Origin: Desulfurococcaceae archaeon
GTDB taxonomy: Archaea; Thermoproteota; Thermoprotei_A; Sulfolobales; Desulfurococcaceae
Length of the DNA stretch: 64,000 nt
Assembly (NCBI GenBank): GCA_038879595.1
Contig: JAVZTI010000005.1
Location: forward strand, 10,938 to 74,937
Reading direction: 5' to 3'
Position numbers and translations under genes: made by a program. The notes beneath the pieces are model-generated. The model was not told the origin of the DNA, searched no databases, and was given only the letters and a program-made list of their open reading frames with translations. Shown piece by piece: positions 45,954-55,864 of this stretch; position 1 is the first letter of the stretch, and each line of letters begins with the position of its first letter.

Positions 45954-47789
45954 CTAGCTGAAGTAATTAAAGCTAGGTCTTTGGCTTACTAATATTGGAA
46001 GAGTCTGTGGAACTTGCGGATAACCTTCAATTTCTTTACTTATCAATTCATACAGTTCGCTTACTCTCATCACTCTTTGATCATTAGTCCTTCTCTCTAT
46101 AACATTTACAGTCTTTGTTTCAAGCTCTCTTCTACCTATTACAGCTATGTATGGTATCCATTCCCGGCCAGCATCACGGATCTTTTTCCCAAGGGATTCA
46201 TCTCTATCATCTACATCAATTCTCAACCCTCTCCCAGCTAACTCTTGAGCTACATCAATTGCATAGCTCAATACTTCTCTTGATACAGGGATTACTCTAA
46301 CCTGTATTGGAGACATCCAAGTGGGTATGTATGGAGTTTCTCCACTTTTTTCAGCTTTAGCAGCAGTGTCAAGAACCATGTATATATACCTCTCAATAGA
46401 TCCTATTAATGCAGTATGTATTATTACTGGGTGCCTCTTCCTTCCTCCTTCATCAACGTAAGTTATTCCGAATCTCTCACCATTGCCGACATCTATTTGG
46501 AATGTAGCTATCTCCCTAGGTCTGCCAACATTATCTATTATATGGTACTCTACATTTAACACCCAGTAGTATATGCCTTCAGGCACTAGGCATAGTAGTA
46601 CAGGTCTTTCCTCTCTCTCTACGAATTTAACTAAATAGTCGAAGTGTTCTTTAAAGAAGTCTTTAGTGACATTGTATAGTGCTACATATCTTCTACCTAC
46701 TTTAACAGCTTCTTCACGTATCTTGCCTTGTACCTTAAACGATTCTTCAACCGCTTGTTCAAGATCTTTAGTTAATATATGAAGATCAGGCATGTAGAAC
46801 TTCCTAGTCCTAAAGCATAAGTTTAACTCACCGCGCTGCTCAAGCCTATAGCTATCGGCTACTTCAAATATTCCTAAGGGTAGATTTCTATAGCTAATGA
46901 CCCAGTCCTTTATCATTGAGAACTGCTGATGACATGCTGCATAGCGTAGTACGTACTTTCTTCCATCTACATCAAGGCTGTAGAGCCTATCGCCAAATAG
47001 CTTAGCGTGTTCGTAGACTGGTTTAAGTGATAAGTCAAATGTGTTAGTACCCTTAACTCTCAATATAGGTATCCCAAGGCTTCTCGCCACAGTCCACGAG
47101 TACTCCTCAACGGCCTCCATGATTGCTGCTGCATGAGGCCCATACCTCATGTGTCCATAGTCACTATAGGATTCCCATTCAAAGCCATATTTCTTACAGT
47201 AGTCATTTACTCTATTTTCTCCGCCTTCAAGCTCCCTTCCATGAACTTCCTTTTCAACTAACACCTTTAGTTCGCTGTCTTTAGAGTAATCGAATTCCTC
47301 TGGACTAAAGACCTCCCCACTTGGAGTGAGCACTAAGTACTCCTTCCTTACTTCAGGTCTACGGACTTCCCCTACTTCAGAACTAATAGTTTTTGATAGC
47401 TCGCTAAGTGGGTGTCCATAGCACTCAAGCTGAAATGCCTTATACCATCCGAACGGAGCTCTATGTACTCTTATTAATAGAGTTGATGAAAGCTCTTTGT
47501 TTAGCAATTCAAGTACTTCAAGTGCTTTAAAAGGGGGGGCTAAGTTGCTCGATAAGTGGGCGTATGGATAGATAACTACTTCAGTTGGCTTAACTACGTT
47601 TACAACATTAACTACTTCATTTACTGCTTTCTTAACTACACTTAAGTCATCTCCATCTTCAACTGTAGTGAAGATCACTAGAGCATTGTTGAACTCTCCG
47701 CTGCCTACATCAGCCTCTTCAGCCTCTTCATATGCTTTCTCAGTAACTCTGTATGAAAACCTTTTTGAATGAATGAGCAGTAACCTCAA
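45954..47789 (-). CDS. thrS: threonine--tRNA ligase (archaeal type with N-terminal editing domain)
   Basis: MRLLLIHSKRFSYRV... is the archaeal editing domain. Class II core (FRTRKFYMPDLH, HTALIGSIERY) and a C-terminal anticodon-binding domain follow. Confidence 0.85.
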   Translation of the reverse strand: MRLLLIHSKRFSYRVTEKAYEEAEEADVGSGEFNNALVIFTTVEDGDDLSVVKKAVNEVVNVVNVVKPTEVVIYPYAHLSSNLAPPFKALEVLELLNKELSSTLLIRVHRAPFGWYKAFQLECYGHPLSELSKTISSEVGEVRRPEVRKEYLVLTPSGEVFSPEEFDYSKDSELKVLVEKEVHGRELEGGENRVNDYCKKYGFEWESYSDYGHMRYGPHAAAIMEAVEEYSWTVARSLGIPILRVKGTNTFDLSLKPVYEHAKLFGDRLYSLDVDGRKYVLRYAACHQQFSMIKDWVISYRNLPLGIFEVADSYRLEQRGELNLCFRTRKFYMPDLHILTKDLEQAVEESFKVQGKIREEAVKVGRRYVALYNVTKDFFKEHFDYLVKFVEREERPVLLCLVPEGIYYWVLNVEYHIIDNVGRPREIATFQIDVGNGERFGITYVDEGGRKRHPVIIHTALIGSIERYIYMVLDTAAKAEKSGETPYIPTWMSPIQVRVIPVSREVLSYAIDVAQELAGRGLRIDVDDRDESLGKKIRDAGREWIPYIAVIGRRELETKTVNVIERRTNDQRVMRVSELYELISKEIEGYPQVPQTLPILVSQRPSFNYFS

Positions 47790-47812
47790 CTCAACTACCT
47801 CTACTTAAAGCA

Positions 47813-48244
47813 TTATTGTATTGGCGAGTACCTCTGTTCCTTCTCGCCTGCCTGTTGCATAGCTTGTTGGAATAGTGGTGGAAGAGGTGGAGGCACGCCG
47901 AGAGTTTTACTGATAATTACTACATCGGCCAGCACATTCATGAAAGCTGTTTGAATGAATTGTGCTGGAACTTTCTTTTCACTAATTATTTGATTACACA
48001 ACTTCTTGCCTTCATCGCTCCTTGGGACAATCATAGTCTGCCCCTTCAAGCTTATGTGAACAACTGGCGGAATAGTTGATATAGTTAGTGCAAAAGGAAT
48101 TACGACTGCTTCATCCCTTCTATAGGGCTGTGAAGAAGGCATGTGTAAGTTTACTTGGAACTGTATTTGTGGAGGCAGTACTTCAGTTAACTTTTCTGCA
48201 GTAATGCTTGAAACGCTTGATAAGATTGTATACACGTAGCACAC
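47813..48244 (-). CDS. hypothetical protein (weak SecB-like resemblance)
   Basis: First gene of the ThrRS string. The C-terminal ...VPAQFIQTAFMNVLADVVIISKTLGVPPPLPPLFQQAMQQAGEKE resembles, by eye, the SecB C-terminal segment. Unverified. Confidence 0.4.
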   Translation of the reverse strand: MCYVYTILSSVSSITAEKLTEVLPPQIQFQVNLHMPSSQPYRRDEAVVIPFALTISTIPPVVHISLKGQTMIVPRSDEGKKLCNQIISEKKVPAQFIQTAFMNVLADVVIISKTLGVPPPLPPLFQQAMQQAGEKEQRYSPIQ

Positions 48245-48376
48245 CTCTATTCAACACTTACTCATAAAATCTCACTATTGTTAATATATTGTTTTGCCCT
48301 CCATCTATTACTTAATCATTTTATTAATAGCTTCATTTAATAAAATAATAATGAAGCTGTAGGCAAGCTTGTTGAG

Positions 48377-49147
48377 GTGGTTGGAGTGAACGTGTTAATT
48401 GTATCAGATATTCATGGAAATTTGACTGCTTTAAAAACCGTTCTTGAAAACTCCAAGGGATGGAGTGATATATGGGTTTTAGGTGACTTAGTGGACTATG
48501 GTCCTGAGCCTCACTTAGTTGTGGATTTAATTAAGGATTTAGAGCCAAGCATTATTGTTATGGGGAACCACGATTATGCTGTAGCATACAACGTTGACTG
48601 TAGATGTGGAGAAGAAATACATGAACTCAGTGTTTACACTAGGATGAATATATCCTTTAAGCTTTTATCAAAGGAGCAAATTGATTGGTTGAAGAAATTA
48701 AGGATGTCTGCTGATACTAACTTATCTGGTAGAAGGGCTTACATAGTACATGGAAGCCCGAGCGATCCATTGTATGGTTACATGAAGCCCAGCTTACCCC
48801 ACGACGTCTTACTTAACATGCTTTCACTAAAGCAATCTAAATATAGTTTAAGCAGTAAAACTGTAAATGCAGATGTAATTATAGCTGGACATACTCATAT
48901 ACCTATGAAAATAATGGTGTATAATACAGTAGTCTTTAACCCTGGAAGCGTTGGCCAGCCTAGAGATGGAGATCCAAGGGCATCCTATGGATTGCTGGAT
49001 CCTGATAGCTTTGAGTTTAAAGTTATTCGAGTTAAGTATGACATAGACAGCGTTGTAAGCAAGCTTAAGTGCCTTAACTTAGAATGGAGGTATTTGTCAT
49101 GGCTTGAGAGAATACTTAGACAAGGAAGTACGTATATAGGTCAATAA
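48377..49147 (+). CDS. metallophosphoesterase (YfcE/MJ0936-like)
   Basis: VSDIHGN, GDLVDYGP, GNHD and GHTH motifs. Confidence 0.8.
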   Translation: MVGVNVLIVSDIHGNLTALKTVLENSKGWSDIWVLGDLVDYGPEPHLVVDLIKDLEPSIIVMGNHDYAVAYNVDCRCGEEIHELSVYTRMNISFKLLSKEQIDWLKKLRMSADTNLSGRRAYIVHGSPSDPLYGYMKPSLPHDVLLNMLSLKQSKYSLSSKTVNADVIIAGHTHIPMKIMVYNTVVFNPGSVGQPRDGDPRASYGLLDPDSFEFKVIRVKYDIDSVVSKLKCLNLEWRYLSWLERILRQGSTYIGQ

Positions 49148-49272
49148 AATCCCTCCGTATCTCCTATAACAACGTACTTAACTACACTAAGAATTGAAGA
49201 GAGTGCTTTATTCATTAACACTTTTTAGCTTAACAAAGTTTACAGTAATTCGTAGAAGAAATTGCGCAATAG

Positions 49273-49887
49273 ATGATATTTATGAGTAATAATAGTGGAG
49301 TTAGCATTGAAGAGAGGCACTTAGCGTATAAAACGAAGATCTATAACTATGATGTCACCGTCATTCACGCTAAATGTCCTACTTCTAAGTATTTCATAAG
49401 TATTGAAGCTAAGTCTCAAGAAGCCTTTGGAGATGTCATTAAAGGTCTTACATACGTAGTGCCTATACAAAAAATAGCATTTGATGAAGAAATGAATTGC
49501 GCAACACTTAAGTTATTCGATAGATTAATAGGTATCTATAGTGATGGAAGGATATCCTTCTGTGCAGAAAACCTTAATGATGCTGCAGAAGTTCTTAGAG
49601 GAATTGATGAAGCGTTACGTAAAGCTAGAGAATACGTAAAGCTCCACGGCACTCCAAGCAATAGCGATATAAAGAGACTCCTCAAACTCAACGCCATAGA
49701 GCTGTACAAGTACCTCCCAAAGACTAATTGCAGAAAATGTGGTGAATCAACATGCCTCGCTTTTGCAGTCAAAGTTCTTTTGGGCGATAGAAAGCTCAGG
49801 GAATGCCCATTGTTATCAGAAAAAGACTTTGATGGAATAAAAAAGACATATGGAACTGTGGCATCAATAGCCCTTGGAATAGCTTGA
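49273..49887 (+). CDS. protein with C-terminal putative Fe-S cluster domain (corrinoid Fe-S protein N-terminal-like)
   Basis: LYKYLPKTNCRKCGESTCLAFAVKVLLGDRKLRECPLL matches the LPKTNCG.CG..TC.AFA....C motif. Confidence 0.55.
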   Translation: MIFMSNNSGVSIEERHLAYKTKIYNYDVTVIHAKCPTSKYFISIEAKSQEAFGDVIKGLTYVVPIQKIAFDEEMNCATLKLFDRLIGIYSDGRISFCAENLNDAAEVLRGIDEALRKAREYVKLHGTPSNSDIKRLLKLNAIELYKYLPKTNCRKCGESTCLAFAVKVLLGDRKLRECPLLSEKDFDGIKKTYGTVASIALGIA

Positions 49888-50410
49888 CTCCACCTTCATT
49901 ACTAAAAATCTCCTAGGAAATGTTCAACAGCTCTAATAGTTGTAGCCATGCTTAAAGTGCATTGAGTAGAGCGTTTCAGCCGGCAAACGTTAATTTATGA
50001 ATGGCATTCTCTTACAAAGTGGTGGGCTGAGCGCTTGAGTTAATGACTTGGAGCATATAAATAACTGGAAATAGACAAGTGACTTACTGCAGGCTTGGAT
50101 AGACTCAAGGTGTTCCACAAGATGGAGTACAACTCTTGCATAGCCATTATAAAAGCCTTTAAACTTAAGGATTTAGCTTTATTCAGTCAATTTAAGTTTA
50201 AACGTGATCTATCTTGTAAGTAATCGTTCATCAATGTGTTCACGTTTTGAAGCAAGCCAAAATTATTGGACAGCTTACTTAAGATCAATGTATATGGGAA
50301 TTTATGCGCTAGTAACGGAAGCAAAGACTTTAGTGAAAAGAATGTCAGGGGACTACAGATTCAACAATTCTCCAACTCATCATTGATTGCAGTTGCTTTC
50401 AATACCGTGG

Positions 50411-50941
50411 TCACAGCTTAGTCCGGAAGTACTTCCAGAGATATATTGGAGTGAATGAAGCTATTGATACGAGCTCCGGTATCGCTGCCCCCCTGGGGAT
50501 TCTGTAAGCATAGTGGATGCACCAGGATGTAATGGATGCAGCTAGAAGAACTAGTGAGGCAATCTTAATGTATAACTCCTTTTCACAAATGACAGCGATT
50601 GTTAGGAAGGAGGCAAGACCTATGAAGAACATAATGGATACAGCGAAGTGCAGAAATCCATAGACTTCATCAAAAGCTCCAATTAATATGAGGAAGAGTC
50701 CAGAGTACGCTAATACAACATTATATGCCTTGCCAACCTGAGGGCTCCTCAAAGATACAGTAAAGGCAAGTAAACCGCCGAGAATTAAGCCAAGATTAAA
50801 CAGAGGCGCTGAATTACTCTTAACTGCATGACCCAAATCACTCAATGCATTATTAAACAAATTAAACCAAGGTGAGAATATTGCAGCTAAACCAATGAAT
50901 AATAAAGGAATAATAACAGATAGTAAAACAACTGGCCTCAA
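50411..50941 (-). CDS. DUF998-like integral membrane protein
   Basis: 176 aa with about 6 TM spans and an ...ALSDLGH motif after TM1. Confidence 0.55.
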   Translation of the reverse strand: MRPVVLLSVIIPLLFIGLAAIFSPWFNLFNNALSDLGHAVKSNSAPLFNLGLILGGLLAFTVSLRSPQVGKAYNVVLAYSGLFLILIGAFDEVYGFLHFAVSIMFFIGLASFLTIAVICEKELYIKIASLVLLAASITSWCIHYAYRIPRGAAIPELVSIASFTPIYLWKYFRTKL

Positions 50942-51673
50942 ACTAAATACCCCATAGAAATATTCTAAGGGACTAAATATAATTCTGCCGCTAACTACTA
51001 AGAAGTGTCTTCATAAAGTGTGAAACACTTTCGACTCATTTCCCCGCTAGCTTTCCATAATCTCCGTAGGTAGCGCTTGCCGCCTCCTTCAAAATGCTAT
51101 CCTTCAATAGTTTTAGCTTACTGCCTCTAGCTAGATCACTGTTATATGATGTTGCTGAGGAAGTTAAGAAAATTGTTGGGGGGCATGACATGGAGAGAAT
51201 ATTTGGAGTAAAGATAAGTACATACTTATGGAAGTTCAATGTAACCTGTATTTCTCAATAAGTGATGTCTCACCGTCATTCACGTTTTCAACATTTAAGC
51301 CCCACACGCTTACTTCTTCAACGATCTCTCTGAAGAGTCTAACAACTCGATCTCGTCACTAAGATCTTCATAGCACTATAGGTCTCAGAACTCATAGCCT
51401 ATAAGCTTTTCAAAAGTAATCAAAAACACTGTATACAAGATAACCACGGGGGAAATAGAGAGGAAAACAGCTCAGAGACCATATGAATTGCTCAATTAGC
51501 TATGTATGTGAAAAGGAGAAAGCGTTAAATGAAAGAAGCACATGACAATGTAGATAAGTACAACGAGTGAATTTCACGACGCCTCTAGTGACTAGAGGTA
51601 CTTGTTTGAGCAACGACCATAGGAATGATGAGTTTTTATATCGGTTAAACCACACCATAGTGGGGGATGATAT

Positions 51674-53241
51674 GTGTGCAGTAAAGGAATATTAGTAGTG
51701 TTTTTACTATCAGTACTATCAGTAAGTGTATTCCTACATGTAACTCCTATTAGTCTGGGACAGGCATTAAACTCTACACATTCCTCTAGCTGTCCATATA
51801 GACCAATAGGGCTGGGCCCGAGGAACGTTATCTTGTTAATTGGAGATGGGATGAGCTATAATCACATATTCGCCACATTACTTATGCATGGCTCATTAAA
51901 CTTAACGCTACTTAATACAACAGGCATAGCGTTTACGTACTCTGCTGATAGTATTGTAACAGACTCAGCTGCAGCAGCAACAGCTATGGCAACTGGATTT
52001 AGAACATTAAATGTAATGGTGTCTATGGTGGAAGTAAATGGCGTAAAACACCTGTTATGACTATATTGGAACTTGCGAAAAAGCTCAATATGTCGACAGG
52101 CTTAGTAACAACGACAAGAGTTACGCATGCAACACCTGCAGCATTTGCTGCACACGTACTTCACAGAGACATGGAAAGCGCTATAGCAACTCAACTTATT
52201 GAAAACGAAGTAGATGTCATATTGGGTGGTGGAAAGACCTATTTTCCACAAGATCTGCTTGAAGCAGCTGAGCAGAAGGGGTATACAATATTATTTAGCC
52301 GAAGCGAACTCATGAATGCATCGATTAATGCAACAAAATTATTAGGGTTATTTGACGATAGCCACTTACCGTATGTTCCTCAAAGACCTCCACATATACC
52401 AAGCCTTCTCGAAATGACAATAAAGGCTGTGGAGATCTTAGAGAGAAACCCCTGCGGCTTCTTCCTAATGATTGAAGGTGGTAGAATAGATCATGCTGCA
52501 CACGACAATAAACTAGACCTAGTTGTTGCTGAAACCAGGGAATTTGATGACGTTGTAGGCTTTACACTACTTTACGCTATGGGAAGAGAAGACACTTTGA
52601 TCGTGGTTATAGGCGATCATGAAACAGGGGGGCTCACTATTACTAAGGGCAATATGCCTTCAACCATTAACCTTACATTTAGCGTTACGTGGGCATCAAG
52701 AGATCACACAGCTCATCCAGTACCTGTATTCACTTATGGCCTCGGAGCAGATTTGTTTAGCGGGGTTTATCATTTAACAGATATAGCTAGAAAACTCTCG
52801 AGACTAATGATGCTAGGGACACTTCATGTAGGAATGAACTTAGGTTCAAATGTTTATGAAATGGGGGATTTGAACGGCAATGGCTTCATAGATGTAGAGG
52901 ACGTTGCCATAGCTACCACCCTCCTAGGGGGGGCATCTGATGGAGTTAAAGCTTATGCTGACATGAATTCTAATGGCATTGTAGATCTTGAAGATGTTTA
53001 TGCAATCTTCATAGAGGCTTTGAAGAATCCGCTGCCTACATCACCGACTCCAACAACGCCTGTCGTAGTTGAAACTGTGACTGAGACTGTAGCTATAACT
53101 AAAACTACAGCTGAGACTATAACAACAACTAGAGTTACAGCAACTCCAGTACCAGATTACACATCTACAGTTCTCGTTGGCATAATTGGCACCATTATAA
53201 TTGCTGCATTAGCCTATGCATTGTTTAGAAAGAAGTATTAA
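51674..53241 (+). pseudogene. alkaline phosphatase (PhoA family) split by a -1 frameshift; C-terminal dockerin, Thr/Pro linker and TM anchor
   Basis: ORF1 (51674..52060) carries LLIGDGMS and the nucleophile motif DSAAAATA. ORF2 (52057..53241) continues with TILELAKK...THATPAAF...EGGRIDHAAH...GDHETGG. The junction (TTATGA) falls inside a normally contiguous conserved segment. Confidence 0.7.
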
Positions 53242-53592
53242 CTGTTTTCACGATTTCATGTCTAGAGACTCATATTCTGCCCACAGATGTTTAGGGAAAG
53301 CTGCAAGCTTAACTAAGCCTAATGACCAGGGCCTCCATTTAAACATAGATCCATGTGGCTTAGAGTAGTTCTCCATAGATATCCAGAGCTCTAAATAAAA
53401 GGATTGTTACAAAGCTCAGGGCATTTCTGCTAAAAACTAAAAAGGACAGCTTATTACTACAAGCAATGTTATCTACTTGTAGAGCGTTGTAACATAAGCA
53501 TAGGTACAATCAATACCTGTAGACTGCTTGAGCGGCATTTTCGACTTCTTTTTAAACTCCTATATAAAAGTTCCTAGTGTTAAAGGAGGCGA

Positions 53593-55752
53593 GTGTATTT
53601 GCCAGCGTTGATGCGTAAGTGCATTTTAGTTCTATTTGTATTAACAATAGCGTTCTCTACAATGATCTTCTCTTCTTCACAGAGCAGTGAATTCGCTATC
53701 TACTTGGATGAGACTGTAGACTTTACCCATGATCCACTAGATCCTGTATACCTTTCTATTGCAGACGGTAATGTAGTATTTAGAATTAAAGTTAAAAGCA
53801 ACTTAAATTTAGAATCTGTCTACTTAATAGTAGGAAATACAGAGATCTTGATGAAGCCCCAACTCTACTTAATTAATTCTACAATATGGTATGGAGCAAT
53901 ACATTACACTGGTGTCAACTTTACATACTACTTTAAAGCAATACTGAGAAACAGGACTGTAATCTGGGTTTACAGCGATAGGACTAATAAGGAGTTCTAC
54001 TTTGATGGTGTTGATCGTTATCCACAGATATATTGGGTTAGAAGCCGCGTTGGCTATGAAATATTTCCAGACAGGTTCTATAATGGCAACCCAGGAAACG
54101 ACTATTACGCATTAATATACGATAATCTTCTATACAATAACGTTACTAAAGGTACACCCATACTCTCTAATTGGACAGATCCACCATACTTACCACATCA
54201 CTGCTGTAATCAATATTTTGGTGGAGACATTCATGGCATAATAATGAAGTTAGACTATTTGAAAGAACTAGGTGTAGGCTTGATTTATTTAACACCTGTG
54301 TTTCTGTGCGGTAGCACGCATTGCTACGATACATATGATTATTACCAAATACACCCTAGACTTGGTACATTAGAAGACTTACACATACTACTTGAAGAAG
54401 CAGATAAACGGGGTATAAAGGTTATATTTGACTTTGTACCAGACCATGTAGGTCTCGGCTTCTGGGCTTTTCAAGATGTTTACATTAATGGACCTAGCAG
54501 TAGGTACTGGCATTGGTTCACGATATATAAGTGGCCTCTTACACCAGGTAACGCAAGTCACTACAGATGTTGGTGGAACATTGGTTCTATGCCACAATTA
54601 AATACCACTAACCCTGAAGTTAAAGAGTACTTGATTAATGTCGTGCTTCACTGGCTTGAACTCGGTTTTAGTGGCGTAAGAATAGATACTCCACTAGACT
54701 TACTAAATTCATTGGAATTCTTCAAAGAGCTACGTGAAGCCATTAAATTAAAGTTCCCTAAAGCATACATTATAGGTGAAATATGGGAGCAGCGCCCTGA
54801 GTGGGTTAATAAAGGTCCCTTTGACTCTCTCATGAATTACGCTTTAGGGAGTATCCTTGTAAATTACGTTAATGGAAAAATTTCAGACGCATCTCTAAGG
54901 CTTTCAGAGTACTATGCAAATTATAGTGTTGCTATTGCCGGCATGGGTTTCAACATTATTAGTTCACATGATACTGATAGAGCATTAACAATGGTTGGCG
55001 GTGGAAGGCTCTTCCCTAAACCAAATCCTAGCAAAGAGTCCGTCGAGAGGTTGAAACTACTATCAACACTTCAGTATACTCAACCCGGTATACCAGTCGT
55101 GTTTCAAGGAGATGAACGCGGTATTCCAGGTGTAAGGACTCACCCGTGGGAAGAGCATAGATATCCTATTCAGTGGGATCAGCTAAATGAAGAAGTCTTT
55201 GAACACTATAAGAAGCTTGGATGGCTTAAAAACCACTTAAAACCACTACACAGCAGCATTATAAAAGTACTCAATGCTAGCGGAGCTATCTTAGCGTATA
55301 CTCGTGGCTACAATGACGAGGTAATGGTTATAGCAAATAACTGGCTTGAACCAGCAGTCTTCGAGTTACCGCAAGACCTTGCAACAGTTGAGTGGCTCAT
55401 TCTTTACACTTCTTCAGGAAGAGAGCCAGTGATTACTGATAGAGAGGTTGTAGTGCCGCCACTTACAGCTATAGTACTGTTAAATAAGGAATATGAGCAA
55501 TCAGCATTCACAGAAATGCCGGCAACAGAGATCCCTACAACAAGCCCTACATCAACTCCCATTTCAACACCTACATCACCTACTGAAACACCTATTACTC
55601 CACCACCTACATCTACGCTAATTCCGACAACATTTACTCAAATAGAGACAGAGGTCGCCGATATAACGGGTAGGTGGTTACTGCTCGCAGCTACACTCAT
55701 TATTGTCGTTCTAAGTGCGCTCATTGCTTTTACAGCGATGAAGAAAAAGTGA
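53593..55752 (+). CDS. GH13 alpha-amylase-family glycoside hydrolase, membrane-anchored
   Basis: Signal peptide, then GH13 regions DFVPDH, GVRIDTP, GEIWE and SSHDTDR. C-terminal Thr/Pro-rich linker plus TM helix plus KKK. Confidence 0.85.
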   Translation: MYLPALMRKCILVLFVLTIAFSTMIFSSSQSSEFAIYLDETVDFTHDPLDPVYLSIADGNVVFRIKVKSNLNLESVYLIVGNTEILMKPQLYLINSTIWYGAIHYTGVNFTYYFKAILRNRTVIWVYSDRTNKEFYFDGVDRYPQIYWVRSRVGYEIFPDRFYNGNPGNDYYALIYDNLLYNNVTKGTPILSNWTDPPYLPHHCCNQYFGGDIHGIIMKLDYLKELGVGLIYLTPVFLCGSTHCYDTYDYYQIHPRLGTLEDLHILLEEADKRGIKVIFDFVPDHVGLGFWAFQDVYINGPSSRYWHWFTIYKWPLTPGNASHYRCWWNIGSMPQLNTTNPEVKEYLINVVLHWLELGFSGVRIDTPLDLLNSLEFFKELREAIKLKFPKAYIIGEIWEQRPEWVNKGPFDSLMNYALGSILVNYVNGKISDASLRLSEYYANYSVAIAGMGFNIISSHDTDRALTMVGGGRLFPKPNPSKESVERLKLLSTLQYTQPGIPVVFQGDERGIPGVRTHPWEEHRYPIQWDQLNEEVFEHYKKLGWLKNHLKPLHSSIIKVLNASGAILAYTRGYNDEVMVIANNWLEPAVFELPQDLATVEWLILYTSSGREPVITDREVVVPPLTAIVLLNKEYEQSAFTEMPATEIPTTSPTSTPISTPTSPTETPITPPPTSTLIPTTFTQIETEVADITGRWLLLAATLIIVVLSALIAFTAMKKK

Positions 55753-55864
55753 ACTTTCAAAACTCTCTCGTTAAGCTTAAAAGAATAAAAACTAAGCCCC
55801 TTAACTAAGACCTGATTATGCAATAACTAAGTATCTTTATGACGCACAGTAAGTGAGTTAGAAG

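Noticed and set aside
50204-51239. Marginal ORFs 50204..50386 (+, 60 aa) and 51036..51239 (-, 67 aa) in the low-coding patch.
   Set aside because: No motifs, no convincing ribosome-binding site or promoter spacing, and lengths at the noise threshold. Left unannotated.
49351-51284. GATGTC(TC)ACCGTCATTCACG occurs at 49351-49369 (inside the CDS at 49273) and at 51264-51284. It was considered a pseudogene fragment of the 49273 gene.
   Set aside because: Only a 13-nt exact core plus 6 nt, which is at chance level for this window size. The flanking sequence shows no further similarity in any frame.
52040-52070. Programmed -1 ribosomal frameshifting at the alkaline phosphatase junction.
   Set aside because: There is no X XXY YYZ slippery heptamer and no obvious downstream stem-loop or pseudoknot. 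A mutation or sequencing error is the simpler explanation.
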